Shown: in pieces, positions 40,941-54,349 of the stretch
Layout of the letters: every line of letters begins with the position of its first letter
Numbering within the stretch: the first letter of the stretch is position 1
NCBI GenBank assembly: GCA_051294375.1
Contig: CM119268.1
Location: 18,996,323-19,060,322, forward strand
Direction: 5' to 3'
Length of the DNA stretch: 64,000 nucleotides
Origin: Paraspadella gotoi
Taxonomy: Eukaryota > Animalia > Chaetognatha
Translations under genes and position numbers: made by a program
Notes under the pieces: generated by a model
Told to the model about the DNA's origin: nothing
The model's database searches: none
What the model saw: the letters and a program-made list of their open reading frames with translations, nothing else

Positions 40941-41251
40941 CGGTCATATTTTCAGAAAGCGCCCCATTTTATCTTAAATTAAGTTAGTTATAAAGTTTAA
41001 AAATTATATGAAGGTTTAGGGATAGAGATTAGGTTAAGTATTTGAGCTATGGATTAGGTTAGGGATTAGAGTTAAAGAATAGAGTTTATTATTATAAAAT
41101 AGTGTTAGGGGTTAGGGATTAAGGAAAAAGGTAATGGTAATTGATTGGTGTAGGGTCAGAGAATAATGTTAGAATCGGATTAAACAGTAAAGTTAGAATT
41201 AAGTATATAAATTAGGAATATATATGGGTGCTTTCCAAAAATAGTACTCCT
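40941..41251. mobile_element. ~310-bp MITE carrying degenerate TTAGGG repeats (noisy duplicate ~43912-44252)
   Basis: AATT|CGGTCATATTTTCAGAAAGCGCCCCAT ... ATGGGTGCTTTCCAAAAATAGTACTCCT|AATT; interior GTTAGGGATTAGAGTTA-like repeats. Confidence 0.7.
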
Positions 41252-41457
41252 AATTCTTGGTCCATAATAGGAAATTAATTCTAAATATTGTTTGAATGAT
41301 AATTTTCTTAACATTTGGGAAGCAGCCACGATTTTAAAAAATCGTGCTCAACTTTGATGAACGCTCTCCAAACTTACGGGCGTCCATCTGACGGGAAAGA
41401 AAGAAACAATTACTCCGCACCATCGATATTTACGAGACAAGAGAGCGCGACGAGAGA

Positions 41458-41491
<34 letters not shown>

Positions 41492-42008
41492 TCCTTTGTT
41501 TTCACTTTAAAATTCAAAATTTTCAGAAATAATGCTCTAATCAAGAAGGAAAACTAATGGCAGACTAATTTTGACGATTCACAACTCCCCTCCACACAAG
41601 CTCATCCACACATAAAAAATAAAAAAAATATAACTGTGGCCTGAGCGAATGACAGATAGCCGAGACTCTCACCAGCGTCATCCGCAGAGGTGAAGGACCG
41701 ACTTTAACATATGTTCACCGTTTCGTTTGACGTGATGAAGATCGTAATTTCTCATAAACTTTCGAGAAACAATTTTTTTCTCTCTCTTTTTCTGCCTGAG
41801 CGAAAAAAAGAAACTCCTAGGAGCGGATTTTGTGGTCGTGTTGTCTCGTGGTCTTGTGGTCGTTTGGTTCAGCGATTCAGCTCGAATATCGCGAGGGGAA
41901 AAAGTTAATATTTTTCTTGAACCGAGAATGAATTATTGGTGTCGCTTCTTCTCATCTGACAAGAAAATGCGCCTCTGCTAAACATTTTCTCTCTTTCTCC
42001 CTCTTTCG

Positions 42009-42139
<131 letters not shown>

Positions 42140-42857
42140 TCTCTTTTATGTCCTCTCTCTTCTAAATGGAAGCGTGTATCTAATACTATCTATACTAATC
42201 AGACTTAATATTTATTTTCCATCATAAAAAATTCCATGCTCAAATTTTATCCCTAAATCTTATCGCTGAATCCAAGTTAATCACTGCAATGAATCGACCA
42301 AACTTTTGTCACTCAGGTTCAAGCGAGCTTAAACAAAGGAAAATTATAACGTTTTAATCAATTGACAAAGGTTACAAGCTTCAATCTCAACCTATATATT
42401 GAACACTTTTTATTTATAACTTCTAAATAAATATAAATATAAATATAAATTGAACACTTTTTATTTTTAACTTCTTGTTCTCTCAAAAAAAATTTTTTTT
42501 CCTTCTATTACTAAATCGATTTTCAATGCAACTTTTTAAATTAGTTCATTGGGTTGTTGCACTGAAGCTTTTAAATATTTATTAATATATAACAAATAAT
42601 ACTACAATTTTTTAAAATTTTGACAATAAATTGGTTAAAAAAAGAAAAACCTTAAAAAATCATCATCATCATTGGCTGAATTTTAGGGTTTTCGGCGCAA
42701 CTAAAAACTAGAATCGAAACATGTCCGATTTGTTTTAAATAAAAACCCGTTGTTTGTAAACTAATAAGCTTTGTTTTTTCTCTAATCTCAATCTACAAAA
42801 ATGTCACTTAACAATGTCAGCTGATATCTTACCCTATTTTTTAAGGGGTAATCTTCA

Positions 42858-43140
42858 TTATGAAATTGGTACAACCAATATAAAAATTATCCATTCATAT
42901 AATAAATAAGCTATCTTGCCCCTGACTTTGGACAGGCTTTGGTGGTTTAAGGCCTCCATCACTCTTACAAGATAATGACATAGCAGGTCCCTGCAAGCTT
43001 TCAATCAAGACTCTCTCACAGTCTTGTTTATTCACTCCCAGAGTACCTGGCTTCCCTATCAATGAAGTGGAAAATATTTCAAAGAATGTTTCAATTGTAT
43101 GAAAAGACCACTCCCTTAAGTATTAGATCGGGGAATACTT
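42858..43140 (+). repeat. Dispersed repeat family ATGAAATTGGTACAACCAATATAAAAATTATCCATT...CTATCTTGCCCCTGACTTTGG
   Basis: Further full or partial copies at ~16640-16745(-), ~19690-19755, ~21707-21732, ~24368-24394, ~39654-39710(-), ~45927-46262 and ~46316-46632. Confidence 0.8.
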
Positions 43141-46100
43141 ATTGTACTCTGCACTATGTATTTCTTTCGTATTTTCTGGTCTCCCTTTTCTTCCACACCG
43201 CGCTATCAAGCCCATTAGGTGGTCATTAAGACGAAGAAAGAAAAACGGACCCGAATTAACGTCAATTAGGTTTTATTTTTGCCTTGTAGTTCTAACGCGC
43301 CGTGTTGATGTGGATTGAGACGAAATATTAAGTGAATATGAATGAAGTTTAGGGTTTTCAACATTTTTGAGCCACGTAATACTTGGGGCGGAGAGGGAAC
43401 GAGGTGTGGGGGCGAAAGGAAAAACTGGGTGGGAGGGAAAAAACCGGTTGTGGTGCGAAGAAGTGAAATAGAAACTTAAAGAATTCATTTCACTTCTCAA
43501 CCAAACAATCGATTTATTTTTTAGAAAAAAAAAGGGCAAAGAAGTTTAAAGGAAGTGTTGATTAGCGTCTAACAACGAGCAGGATCGTGATCTTTATCTT
43601 CAGCGCCGCCATGCGTTGACACCCTCTTTCGGACTCCGGTTCTTCGCTCTCTCTCTCTTCTCTCTCTCGTCGTTCGTCTCTCTCTCTTCTCTCTCTCATC
43701 TCTTTCTCTCTCTCTCTCTCTCTCTCGTCTACTCTTTTTCGCGCTGATGACCATTTGACGCTGGTGAGACGATTTACAAAGAAAACAATGCTTTGTCGTT
43801 TTAAGTTGGACAAAAAACAAAACGAAATGAGATAAAAGTCGCAGTTCTGGGACAATCAAACTATGAATCAGAAAACCGTTGCTAGTTACAACTTCAAATT
43901 GACAACCCAATTCGTGTATATTTTCGTCAGAAGAGACCCATCTTTATCTTAAATAAGTTAGTTATAAAGGTTTAAAAATTACAATACTGCAACGGTTTAG
44001 GGACTAGAGATTAGGCTTTACAGTATCTTGAGCTACTGCGCATAAGGTTAGGATTCACGAGTTAAAGAATAGAGTTTATTATTAATAAAAATAGTGTTAG
44101 GGGTTAGGGTAATTAAGGAAAAAGGTAATGGTATCTGCAGTTGGTGTAGGGTCAGAGAATAATGTTAGAAATCATCGATTAACAGTAAAGTTATGAATAA
44201 GTATCACTAAATTACGGCATATATATGGTGCTTCTTCGCAACAAATGTACTCTAATTCTTGGGTCCATAATAGGAAGATTAATGTCTAAATGATTGTTTG
44301 AATGATAATTTTCCTTAACATTATCTAGGTGGTGCTGTAAGCAAGCCACGATTGTTTTAAAAAACTCGCTGCTCACTTTGAGACGCGTCTCCAAACTACG
44401 GGCGGTCCATGCTGAACGGGAAGACAAGACACAATTATCGCACATCCGGATATTTACCGAGACAAGAGAGCGCGCAGACCGAGAGAGGCGCAGCCAGCGC
44501 AGAGAGAGAGCAGAAAGACGGAGATCCTCTTGTTTTCACTCTTCAAAAATTCAAATTTTCAGACACTACATGCTCTAATCCACGAAGGAAACACTCAGAA
44601 TGCGCAACGACTAATTTTGACGATCTCACATCCCTCCACACAAGCCTCATCCCACACATACCAAAAAACAAAATATAACTGTGGCCTGAGCGAATGACAG
44701 ATAGCCGAGACTCTCCACCAGCGTCATCGCAGAGAGTGAAGGACGACTTAACAATGTTCACCGTTTCGCGTTTCGCAACGTCCGATTGAAGATCGTAATT
44801 TCTCGATAAACTTCTCGAGAACAATTTTTTTTTTCTCCTCTCTTTTCTGCCTGAGCGAAAAGAAACTCCGAGGAGCGGGAATTTTGTTGGTCGTGTTGTC
44901 TCGTGGTCTTTGTGGTCGTTTGGTTCACGGATTTTAAGCTCGAATATCCGCGAGGGGGAAAAGAGTTAATATTTTTTACTTGAACGAGATGAATTATTGT
45001 GTCGCTTCTTCTCATCTGACCAAGAAATGCGCGCTCTGCCTAAACATTTTTCTCTCTTTCTCCCTCGTTCGCCCTCCTTTTCTCTCTCTCTCTCTCTCTC
45101 GATTTATCTCTCTTCTCTCTCCTCTCTCTCTTCAGCACTCTCACTCTCTCTCTCTCTACTCTCTCTCTCTTTTCTTCTCTTCTTATGTCCTCTCCTCTAC
45201 ATGCGAAGCGCTGTATTCTAATACTATCCTATACTACAGACTTACATATTTCATTTTCCCATCATAAAACAATTCCATCGCTTCACAATTTATGCCCTAA
45301 ATCTTTAATCGCTGACATCCAAGTTAATCACTGCACAACCTGACTGCGACCAACTTTTTGCTACTCAGGTTCAAGCGACTTAAAGCAAAGGCAACACTTT
45401 AAGTTTTACATCACTTGACAAAGCGTTACACAGCTTCAATCTCACCTATATATTAAACACTTTTTTATTTATAACTTCTAAATAAATATAAATATAAATA
45501 TAAAATTTGACACTTTTTATTTTTTTAACTTCTTGTTCTCTCAAAAAATTTTTTTTCCTTCTAATTAACTAAATCGATTTTCATGCAACTTTTTTAAATT
45601 AGTTCATTGGGTTGTTGTCACTGAGCTTTTGTAAATATTTATTAATATATAACAATAATACTACAATTTGTTGTAAAATTTTGACAAGGGAGAATTGGTT
45701 AAAAAAAGAAAACCCTTAAAAAATCATCATCAATCATTGGCTGAATTTGTAGGGTTTTCGGGGCACTAAAAACTAGAATCGGAAGACATGTCCGATTTGT
45801 TTTAAATAAAAACCCGTTGTTTGTAACTAATAAAGCTTTGTTTTTTCTCTAATCTCAATCTACAAAGAGTGTCACTAACAATGGTCAGCTGATATCTTCC
45901 TATTTTTTAAGGGGTAATCCTTCATTATGAATTGGTACCAACCAATATGAAAAATTATCCATTCATAAATAATAAATAAGCGGAGCGGGCTATCCTTCCC
46001 TGACTTTGGAAGGCTGTTGGTGGTATTAAGAGCCTTACCATCATCTTGAAGCAAGATAAAGAAACATAAAGGGCAAAGGTGTAAATTCTGCAAGCTTTCC

Positions 46101-47562
46101 AAATCAAGAACTCTCTCACAGAATCTTGTTTGATGATGCACATACCAGAAGTACTCGTGCTGTCGCGGGTTCTACTATCCAATGAAGTGGAAACTATATG
46201 TCAAGAGAAATGTTTCAATTGTATGAAAATCGACCCCTTAAGTATTAGATCGGGGGAATATTATTAGTACTCCGGCAACTAGCATCAAATATTACATAGG
46301 AGCTGTGACATTTGTATGAAATTGGTATAACAGTTCAATAATAAAAATTTATCCATGTCATTTAATAAATAAGCTATCTTGCCCCTGACTTTGGACTAGG
46401 CTTTGTGTGTTTTAAGGCTTGCCAGTCATTCTTAGCATTAAGATAAATGAACATAGCAGTGTTTGCTGCAAAGCTTTCAATCAAGACTCTCTCACACGTC
46501 CCGTTTATTTTCAGCTCCCAGAGTACCTGGCTTTCTCCTATCAATGAATGTGGTAAAGTATTTCAATAGAATGTTTCAATTAGTAGGAAAAGGACGACTC
46601 CCTTAAGTAATTAGAATGCGGGGACACTACTTATTGTACTCGCACTATGTAATTTCTTTTCGTATTTCTGAAGTCTCCCTTTTCACTTACCACACACAGA
46701 GGTTGCGTAATCACAGCTCCATTAGGTGGTCATTAAGACGAAAAATAGAAAACGGACGGCCGGAATATAACTTGTCATGAATTAGGTTTTATTTTTTTGC
46801 CCTTGTAGTTCTATAACAGCGCCGTGGTTGATGTGGATTGAGACGAAATATTAAAGTGGAATATGAATGAAGTTTAGGTTTTTCAACATTTGACGCACGT
46901 AATTATCTTGGGGCGGAGAGGGAAACGAGGTGTGGGGGGCGAAAGGACAATAAATGGGTGGGGGTTATGGATGGAAAAAACCGGTTGTCGGGGCGGAAGA
47001 AGTGAAAATAGAAGAATCTTTAAAGATTCATTTCCACCTTGCTGCAATCCATAAACAATCGATTGTATTTCTTTAAGAAAGAAAAAAAGGGCAAGACGAA
47101 GGTTGTAAAGGGAAGTGTTGAATTGGCGTCTGGCTGGCTCGCTGGAAGTTTTCTCTCTCCTCTCTCGGTCGTCTCTCAGACTCATACTCTCTCTCTCTTC
47201 TCTCGTGTTTTCTCTCTTTTCTCACTCTGCTCACAGGTTTCCCTCTCCCCTCCAATCCTCTCTCTCGTCTCTCCTCTCGTTCTCTTCTCTCGTCTCCTCC
47301 TTCACTTGACTCTCTTTTAAAAGAAGGGAAGTTCAGTTTTTCTATGAGTTATTTAAACTATTCTCACGCGCGGTCTCGCCGTAAGTGTCTAATTTTATTG
47401 TTGTTTATGTTTTGTCAGGAGGTATTTTTGTTTATTTTACTTTCCGCGATTTTTGACGTGTTTGATTTTTTTAACCAGGAAATATAGATTTATATCTGCG
47501 ACAACAACAAATAATATACACAACGAAACTAGGTAGAAGGGGAAGAGAGAGAGAGAAGATAG

Positions 47563-47632
<70 letters not shown>

Positions 47633-47956
47633 AGATCAACATCTCTCTGTCTTTCGATCTTTAAAATATCAATCCGAAGAGAGATATGATCCCAGCCGAC
47701 GCGATTTATCTTTTTCTTTCATCTCTCCTTCGACAAGTTCGTCTCCTTTTTTCCCTTTTTTTGAGCAAGATATAACTCTTTTTTATCTTTTAATTTTTGT
47801 TTTATTTTTTTTTAGGGGTCTTGTCTGATAATGAGAAACGGCGAACGGAGGATCGGAAATACTCGGTTAATGTANNNNNNNNNNNNNNNNNNNNNNNNNT
47901 CGTTATGTCTCCATCTTTTTCGATCCTTGTCCCGTTTTTTCCCTCATTGATAATTT

Positions 47957-48913
47957 TTAGTTGCGCCGCGAGTACTCGCGGAGCAACTCTATAAGTCACT
48001 TTTCGGTCGATCTGTCGGTCAGTCGGTCAGTCGGTCGGTCGGTCGTTGAAAATTTATGTAATTTGCCTATAGTTGGTTGCTCATTTGTTTAGATAGAAAA
48101 AACCTTAAATCTAAGGGACTGCTAGTAGGGGGAGACTAACTCAGTAAGGTGGTTAAGAAATTTGAATTAAGCACCTGCTCAAACGAAAATTTAGACATTT
48201 TTAAAAAAATTGTATAAACAATTTTTTTAATATTACTCCATCCTCCATATATTAATTTTTTAATATTTATTTATAAATAGGAAAGGTTAAAAATTTTTGT
48301 TGGATTTTTTTATTTTTAAGATCAGATTCAGGTAGCTTGCAAAAAGTTGTCTACACAAAGTATGATTCTATTTTCGTTATTTAGATCATAAGTGTGTGAA
48401 AAATATTTATAATCATCATCATCATCATTTTTCGATAATTTTATTACTTTTTCCTAATTTTGATCAAGAAAACATAAATATTTTTGAAACTTGTAGTTAA
48501 ATTGTTTTATTTAACTTTTTATGCTCTATCAGAATCCATCAAAAAAGTTAAGATTGATTAAAAAAAATTTTTATCATTACATAGTAATATTGTAATTTTA
48601 ATAGCAACAATAAAAGCATTAAAATCGAACTTTTTTAAAAAAGTCTTTTTTTACCTAAAAGTAGACTTCAAGACTAAAGTTTTGAACCCCCGCCCTTATT
48701 GAATTTAATTTCATAGTAGATTTCTACTGCTAGCGCCGCCTTCAAGAATTCCTAAAACTAAACACTAAAAGACAGAATTTTGATGCAGTGCATGTCATAA
48801 ATCTACGGGCAAAAAAGTTTTTTAGTTATGTCATATCATGTCAGGTGATCAAAGAGAAATACACGTTAAAATAAAGTCACTGCGGCGCAACACATTGGAA
48901 TTACCGTTCTTGT
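47957..48913 (+). mobile_element. DINE-1/HINE-like (Helentron-associated) non-autonomous element
   Basis: T-run then a 30-bp palindrome (47959-47988, 1 mismatch), a (GTCG/GTCA)n tract at 48004-48046, 3' subterminal IR GCGGCGCAAC (48882-48891, exact reverse complement of 47960-47969), ending CTTGT before a T-run. Confidence 0.65.
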
Positions 48914-49659
48914 CTTTTTTTAAATGTTCCTTTTGTTTCTATATTTATCTTCAACCGCTTTTTTTACTATTATATAATATAAATAAATTATATCATATTA
49001 CTTTTCTTTGAGGGATTAACTATAACACTATTCCTTTCAATGGACTTACTTACTTCTTGCTCAAACGACCTAAAAAAACTTTTACGGTCATCTTCCCTCA
49101 CTTGTAAATATTCTTCAGTTTTCCTTTACTATTATTATTGCTTCACACTTTTTTCTCTTCCCTCTTCTGGCTTTTCTTTACAACGTCTCATTCCTCTTCT
49201 TGCTGAATGTCAGTCACTCTCTCTTCTCCATTTTTATTTAACACCAGTTCATTAACCTCGGCTAGTCAGTCACTTTCTGCCATCATTGAAAACAACATGA
49301 AAAAAATCTTTCTCATTATCGTCATCATCATCCTTATCATCTTTAACAACAACAACAACAACAACGACGACGAGAAAATAAATGGAGGATTGTTTCTTTA
49401 AAAAAAAAAACCGAGTTTCAATTTTTCTCTTTTACTATTTCGAATTTCTCTTCAAATAAACAAAATTAAACTACGTATGCTACAAGTTGTATTCGTTTTT
49501 CCCCCACGGGACATTAGAGGCGACTATGATTTAAAAAGAAAGAAAAGAAAGAAAAAGAAAAAAAAAAGGATTCACGATCGGAGGTGAAGTTTTTAATTTC
49601 GTGAATTTTGGGGAAAAACTAAAATTCAAAACAGATTCCGAGTTTGTTCGAGAAAATTT

Positions 49660-49894
49660 CGGCACTATTTTTCGAAAGCGCCCCATAACTCTTGAATTAA
49701 ATTTTAGTTTTACTATTTAAACATAATATTTTTTAAATAATCATTAAGCTTTAATGCTAATTCTTAACATTATCCCATAACCCTAACCCAAAAAACCTAA
49801 CCTTAATTCTTAACTATAACTTGATTTTTTTTATATAAAACTAAACTAATTCTAAATATTGGCTGATATGAGGCGCTATTAGAAAATATGGCTA
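49660..49894. mobile_element. Second member of the TTAGGG-carrying MITE family, opposite orientation
   Basis: CGGCACTATTTTTCGAAAGCGCCCCAT ... ATGAGGCGCTATTAGAAAATATGGCTA; interior TAACCCTAACCC; AT-only flanks. Confidence 0.7.
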
Positions 49895-49966
49895 AAATTT
49901 CGATCCTCATTTTTCATCTTTAGAAACTTAACGGTTATTTTTTTGACCAGCGAGGGTGACTGAAAA

Positions 49967-50105
<139 letters not shown>

Positions 50106-50254
50106 CTTTTCTCCGGTGACGTCTTCAGTAATTCGAATTAGTCAAAATGACTTCATCAATTCCGGAAGTTTAACGAAGATGTTTTGATGAAAGAGTCGGT
50201 GGGAGACACGCCGAATGACGATTGTTTTTAAAAATTATTTTCTTGCTTTTTATT

Positions 50255-50345
<91 letters not shown>

Positions 50346-50367
50346 CTCTTTCTTTCCTTTTTTTTCT

Positions 50368-50403
<36 letters not shown>

Positions 50404-50584
50404 TTTTTCTTTCTTTCTTTCTTTCCTTCCTTATTGTTTTCTTGCTTTTCTTTATACTTTTATTATATATCTTTCTTTTTTATTTCTATTTTTTTTCTTT
50501 TTTTTTTTTTTTATTTCCCTCCTATTCCGCTCCGATCCAATTTCTTGAAGAAGTCAGCACCAGATGCAAATCAAGATCCTTATA

Positions 50585-50835
50585 TCTTTTTCTCTCCTTC
50601 TTAATTCTTCTTCTTCGTCTTAAATCTCTTTTTCTCTCTTTCTTAATTCTTCTTCTTTGTCTTAAATCTCTTTTTTTCTCCTTCTTAATTCTTCTTCTTT
50701 GTCTTAAATCTCTTTTTTTCTCCTTCTTAATTCTTCTTCTTTGTCTTAAATCTCTTTTTTTCTCCTTTTTAATTCTTCTTCTTCATCTTAAATTTCTTTT
50801 TCTCTCCTTCTTAATTGTTCTTCTTCGTCTTATAA
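50585..50835. repeat. 42-bp minisatellite (CTTAAATCTCTTTTTTTCTCCTTCTTAATTCTTCTTCTTTGT), ~6 units, preceded by (TTTC)n
   Basis: Tandem units; appears as the 14-aa repeat LKSLFFSFLILLLC in the ORF track. Confidence 0.9.
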
Positions 50836-51871
50836 AAATCTTTTTTTCTTCTCTCCTTCCTAACTTATGGCTTCATTTTCGTACTAAGATTTTACAAATC
50901 CTGTTTTCTCATCCCTCGCCTTCTTACCACCCCCAGCCTCTTCAAAACAACGGNNNNNNNNNNNNNNNNNNNNNNNNNNNNNNNNNNNNNNNNNNNNNNN
51001 NNNNNNNNNNNNNNNNNNNNNNNNNNNNNNNNNNNNNNNNNNNNNNNNNNNNNNNNNNNNNNNNNNNNNNNNNNNNNNNNNNNNNNNNNNNNNNNNNNNN
51101 NNNNNNNNNNNNNNNNNNNNNNNNNNNNNNNNNNNNNNNNNNNNNNNNNNNNNNNNNNNNNNNNNNCTCCCCAAGTGCAGTAATGTTTCGAAAATTCAGC
51201 CGGGACTCGGATGTAACTGCTCCGAAAAAGATTTGATGGGAAGCCGCGATTAGACCTGATTAGAATTTCAGATTTTCAAGATGAAAAATATAGCTATGGT
51301 GTAATGGGGAAAACATGATCTAACTACAAAAATTTATAGTTTGGATGCACGATATTTTTTTTAAATGCTAAAATACACAGAAACTGTAGTTTTTTTCGCC
51401 ATGATTTTTGATGATAGCTTTTTTTTCTTCAAATTTGATATTTTTATTGGGTTTCGAAATAATGATAAACATTAGCAACTTGAACCCCTTTTTTTGTACT
51501 TAAATTAATTAAGTTAAGTTAAGTTAAGTTAATTAAGATGGACTGTTTTACAGATGTACGACGAGGTTATTCATTATTTCATGTAACACTTAATATTAGT
51601 ATTGCTTAACGCTAAAATCATTTCACAATTTTACTATAAAGCAAATTATTCCGCGATTTGAGTCCGTCTGCTATGGGAAATCATGTATTAACAATTTCAG
51701 AAGCCTTAGGCTAAATCGGTGCGTAATCGGCGTCGTGCGGTTATATAAGGGAATCCTTTAAACCACGCCAACTTCCTTCGTTGTGATAGTGAAAAATTGG
51801 AAGAAAAAAAATTAAACTCGTACGGTGAGAAAAAGATTGAGTGGATATTCGAATCGCAGTTTAAAAACGAA

Positions 51872-51973
51872 TCCCCCCCCAAAGAAAATCCACTCCCCCC
51901 AAAAAAAATCCCCCTCCCCCCAAAAAAAATCTCCCCTCCCCCCCAAAAAAATCCCACTCCCCTCCCAAAAAAA
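51872..51973. repeat. C/A-run minisatellite (~21-22 bp, ~5 units)
   Basis: CCCCCCAAAAAAAATCCCCT-like units; G-runs on the minus strand. Confidence 0.8.
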
Positions 51974-52118
51974 AGGGAGAAACTGAAAGAGAAAAAGAAA
52001 AATAAACTAAGGCGACTTTAAAAAAAGAAAAAAAGCTTTAAAAAGTTTTTGAGGGGAAAAAAAGTAGTTAGTTTTGATCTTCGATGCCCCAATAATTTGT
52101 AAATAGTTTTACTCCCAG

Positions 52119-52193
52119 TCTGAAAGGGATTTCACCGACGCGCAATCAACTCCCGATTGTAAAAACTCCGCACTGAAGCCTTATAAGTGGTCG
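52119..52193 (+). CDS. Candidate 75-nt internal exon SERDFTDAQSTPDCKNSALKPYKWS, unknown protein
   Basis: TTTTACTCCCAG| acceptor, TCG|GTATGT donor, phase 0-0; the other two frames contain stops. Confidence 0.4.
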
Positions 52194-52949
52194 GTATGTC
52201 GGTCGATCTCTTGTCGGTCAAAACCCTAAGGTATTACTGACAGATGGCGGCGGTGTCAATTCTGTAATCTTCGGTTAAAATAATCCTCGGCCAACGTCAG
52301 TTTTGAGCCTCGAAAAAATGATTGGTCTCAGTTAAAAGTAGGCAGTAGGTAATCGACAACTAAGGTTTCAGGATTTGTTTATAATTTTTAAAAAATTTTT
52401 TTATTTATTAATTAATTTTTTGCGCCTGTCGCGAAAAAGCGAGAGGCTGCAACATTCGCCACAGAAAATATCTTGTCTGAAAACGAAGGGAACTCGGCGA
52501 ATGTAAAAGCAGGGAAAGCCGAAAAAGAATGATCTTGGTTAATTTATGGATATAATAATAGGAATATGTAGAAGTAAAGCAGCAAGTGAAATGTACAAAC
52601 GAAAGTAGACGGGAGAAGAGGGGTAGAAGAAAAAAGGGATGAAGAAGAAGAGATGGGGTAAAAATGACGTGGATGGGGGTGGGAGGGGGGAGGAGAGGGA
52701 AGAGAGGGAGAAAAGAAGAGTAGGGGAGAGAGGGATGGAGGGAGGGAGAAGAAGAATTAGAGAAGGAACGAGTAAAGCTGAATTGTTTTTTTAAAAAGTC
52801 GATTCACAGTCGACCAGATTTTTTTTTGACATTAAGTATTATTTATCCTTGACAAAGATCCAATTACTCTTAAAGCGAGGGAGGCGGGAAGAAGTGATCT
52901 CTCTCTCTCTCTCTCCTCTCTTCTCTCTCTCTCTCTCTCTCTCTCCTCT

Positions 52950-52980
<31 letters not shown>

Positions 52981-53764
52981 TTTCTCTAGAACGTTGCATT
53001 GGGATTTTTTTTCTGTCCGATTTTGCTCGATTAGTTTGTTTCAAGCGTAAGTCTTAATAAAAATCTGAGCAATTGATGATTTTTTTTTGCCAACCGTTAT
53101 TTGTTTATCAGGTGGGAACAAAATATGAAAATAGATTTAAATAAGATTAAATTTAACTATCGTAGTACCAAAAAGCAACAATAAAGAGAAAATAGTCCTA
53201 ATTTATAAACTAATAGTTGGCGTGTAAAAAATAAAAACAAAAATTTAAAAATCCAAAAACATATTGTAAAGTAATACATTTTATTTTGTCTCATTCTTAT
53301 CATTAAGATCTTCGTCATATTGATCTTATGTTTCGCTAATAACAAGAACACGATGACGATGACGTTACTGTATAGATGACGATGATAACGACGTCAACGT
53401 TATTGACGTTAGAGAACGTGACGATGACGACGACGACGACGACAACGTTAATAACGACGATGACGAGATCGAAAAAGAGGCGATCGACGACGACTACGAC
53501 GACGACGAAGACGACGACGACGACGACGACGACCGCTTCGGTCAAAAAATCATCATTCGTTTGGATTCGAAGATCAAAACTCGCGATCAGCAAAACCGAA
53601 AAAAAGTTAAGAAGAAAAAAAAATAATTAAATAAGAAATAAAAAGTGAAAATAATAAAAATGAAAAGCGCGAAACGAAGTCTTTTTCTGTGGGCGAATCT
53701 TCTGAATTTCTTTCTCTGGAAAATCAATCGCAGAAATCGAATTAAACAATCTGATATCGTGATA

Positions 53765-53795
<31 letters not shown>

Positions 53796-54003
53796 GCAGT
53801 GTTTTTTTCACCCTCGCGCTTTTAGAAACAACTAATAAACGGAATTTTAAAATTAGTTTTAAATTTTACACAAAAAAATTTTTTTGTCCAAAATAAATTT
53901 CTCAACACAGGAAAAACCAATATATTTTTCAAAAACGTTTTGTTTGTTGCAAAAAACTAAAGTTCTTTTTTCTTTGCTTTAAATATTTACTGTTCAGAGT
54001 AAA

Positions 54004-54029
54004 GCCGCGTGGTCACGTGGTCACGTGAC
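54004..54029. promoter_or_regulatory. Tandem E-box cluster (GCCGCGTG GTCACGTG GTCACGTGAC), USF/MiT-TFE (CLEAR-type) consensus
   Basis: Motif match only; no transcription start is known. Confidence 0.3.
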
Positions 54030-54290
54030 TGCACAAGCATGAAACACATGCACAAGAAGCATTTAGTAATATCTAATATCAGTCTGCCAAGTATTAACTA
54101 AAATAACTTCCTGAAAAAAAAAGGAAATCCACAACAAAGATAAAAATAAAATATTATCAAGAAAGTAAAAAAAAAGAAATAAAAGTAAAAAGCTAAACAG
54201 CTAAAAAAATTGCTATTGTAAGCAAAAAAGTAGCAAGCGATTGTAAAAGCTGATTGACGAACGAAACAACTACAGACTAAGTGAAAAAAT

Positions 54291-54349
<59 letters not shown>

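Noticed and set aside
42701-42725. Possible minimal hammerhead ribozyme (CGAAACATGTC; similar CGAAACATGTA at ~36596)
   Set aside because: The palindromic helix III motif is present but the CUGANGA core and stem II are not; at best a decayed Penelope-type remnant.
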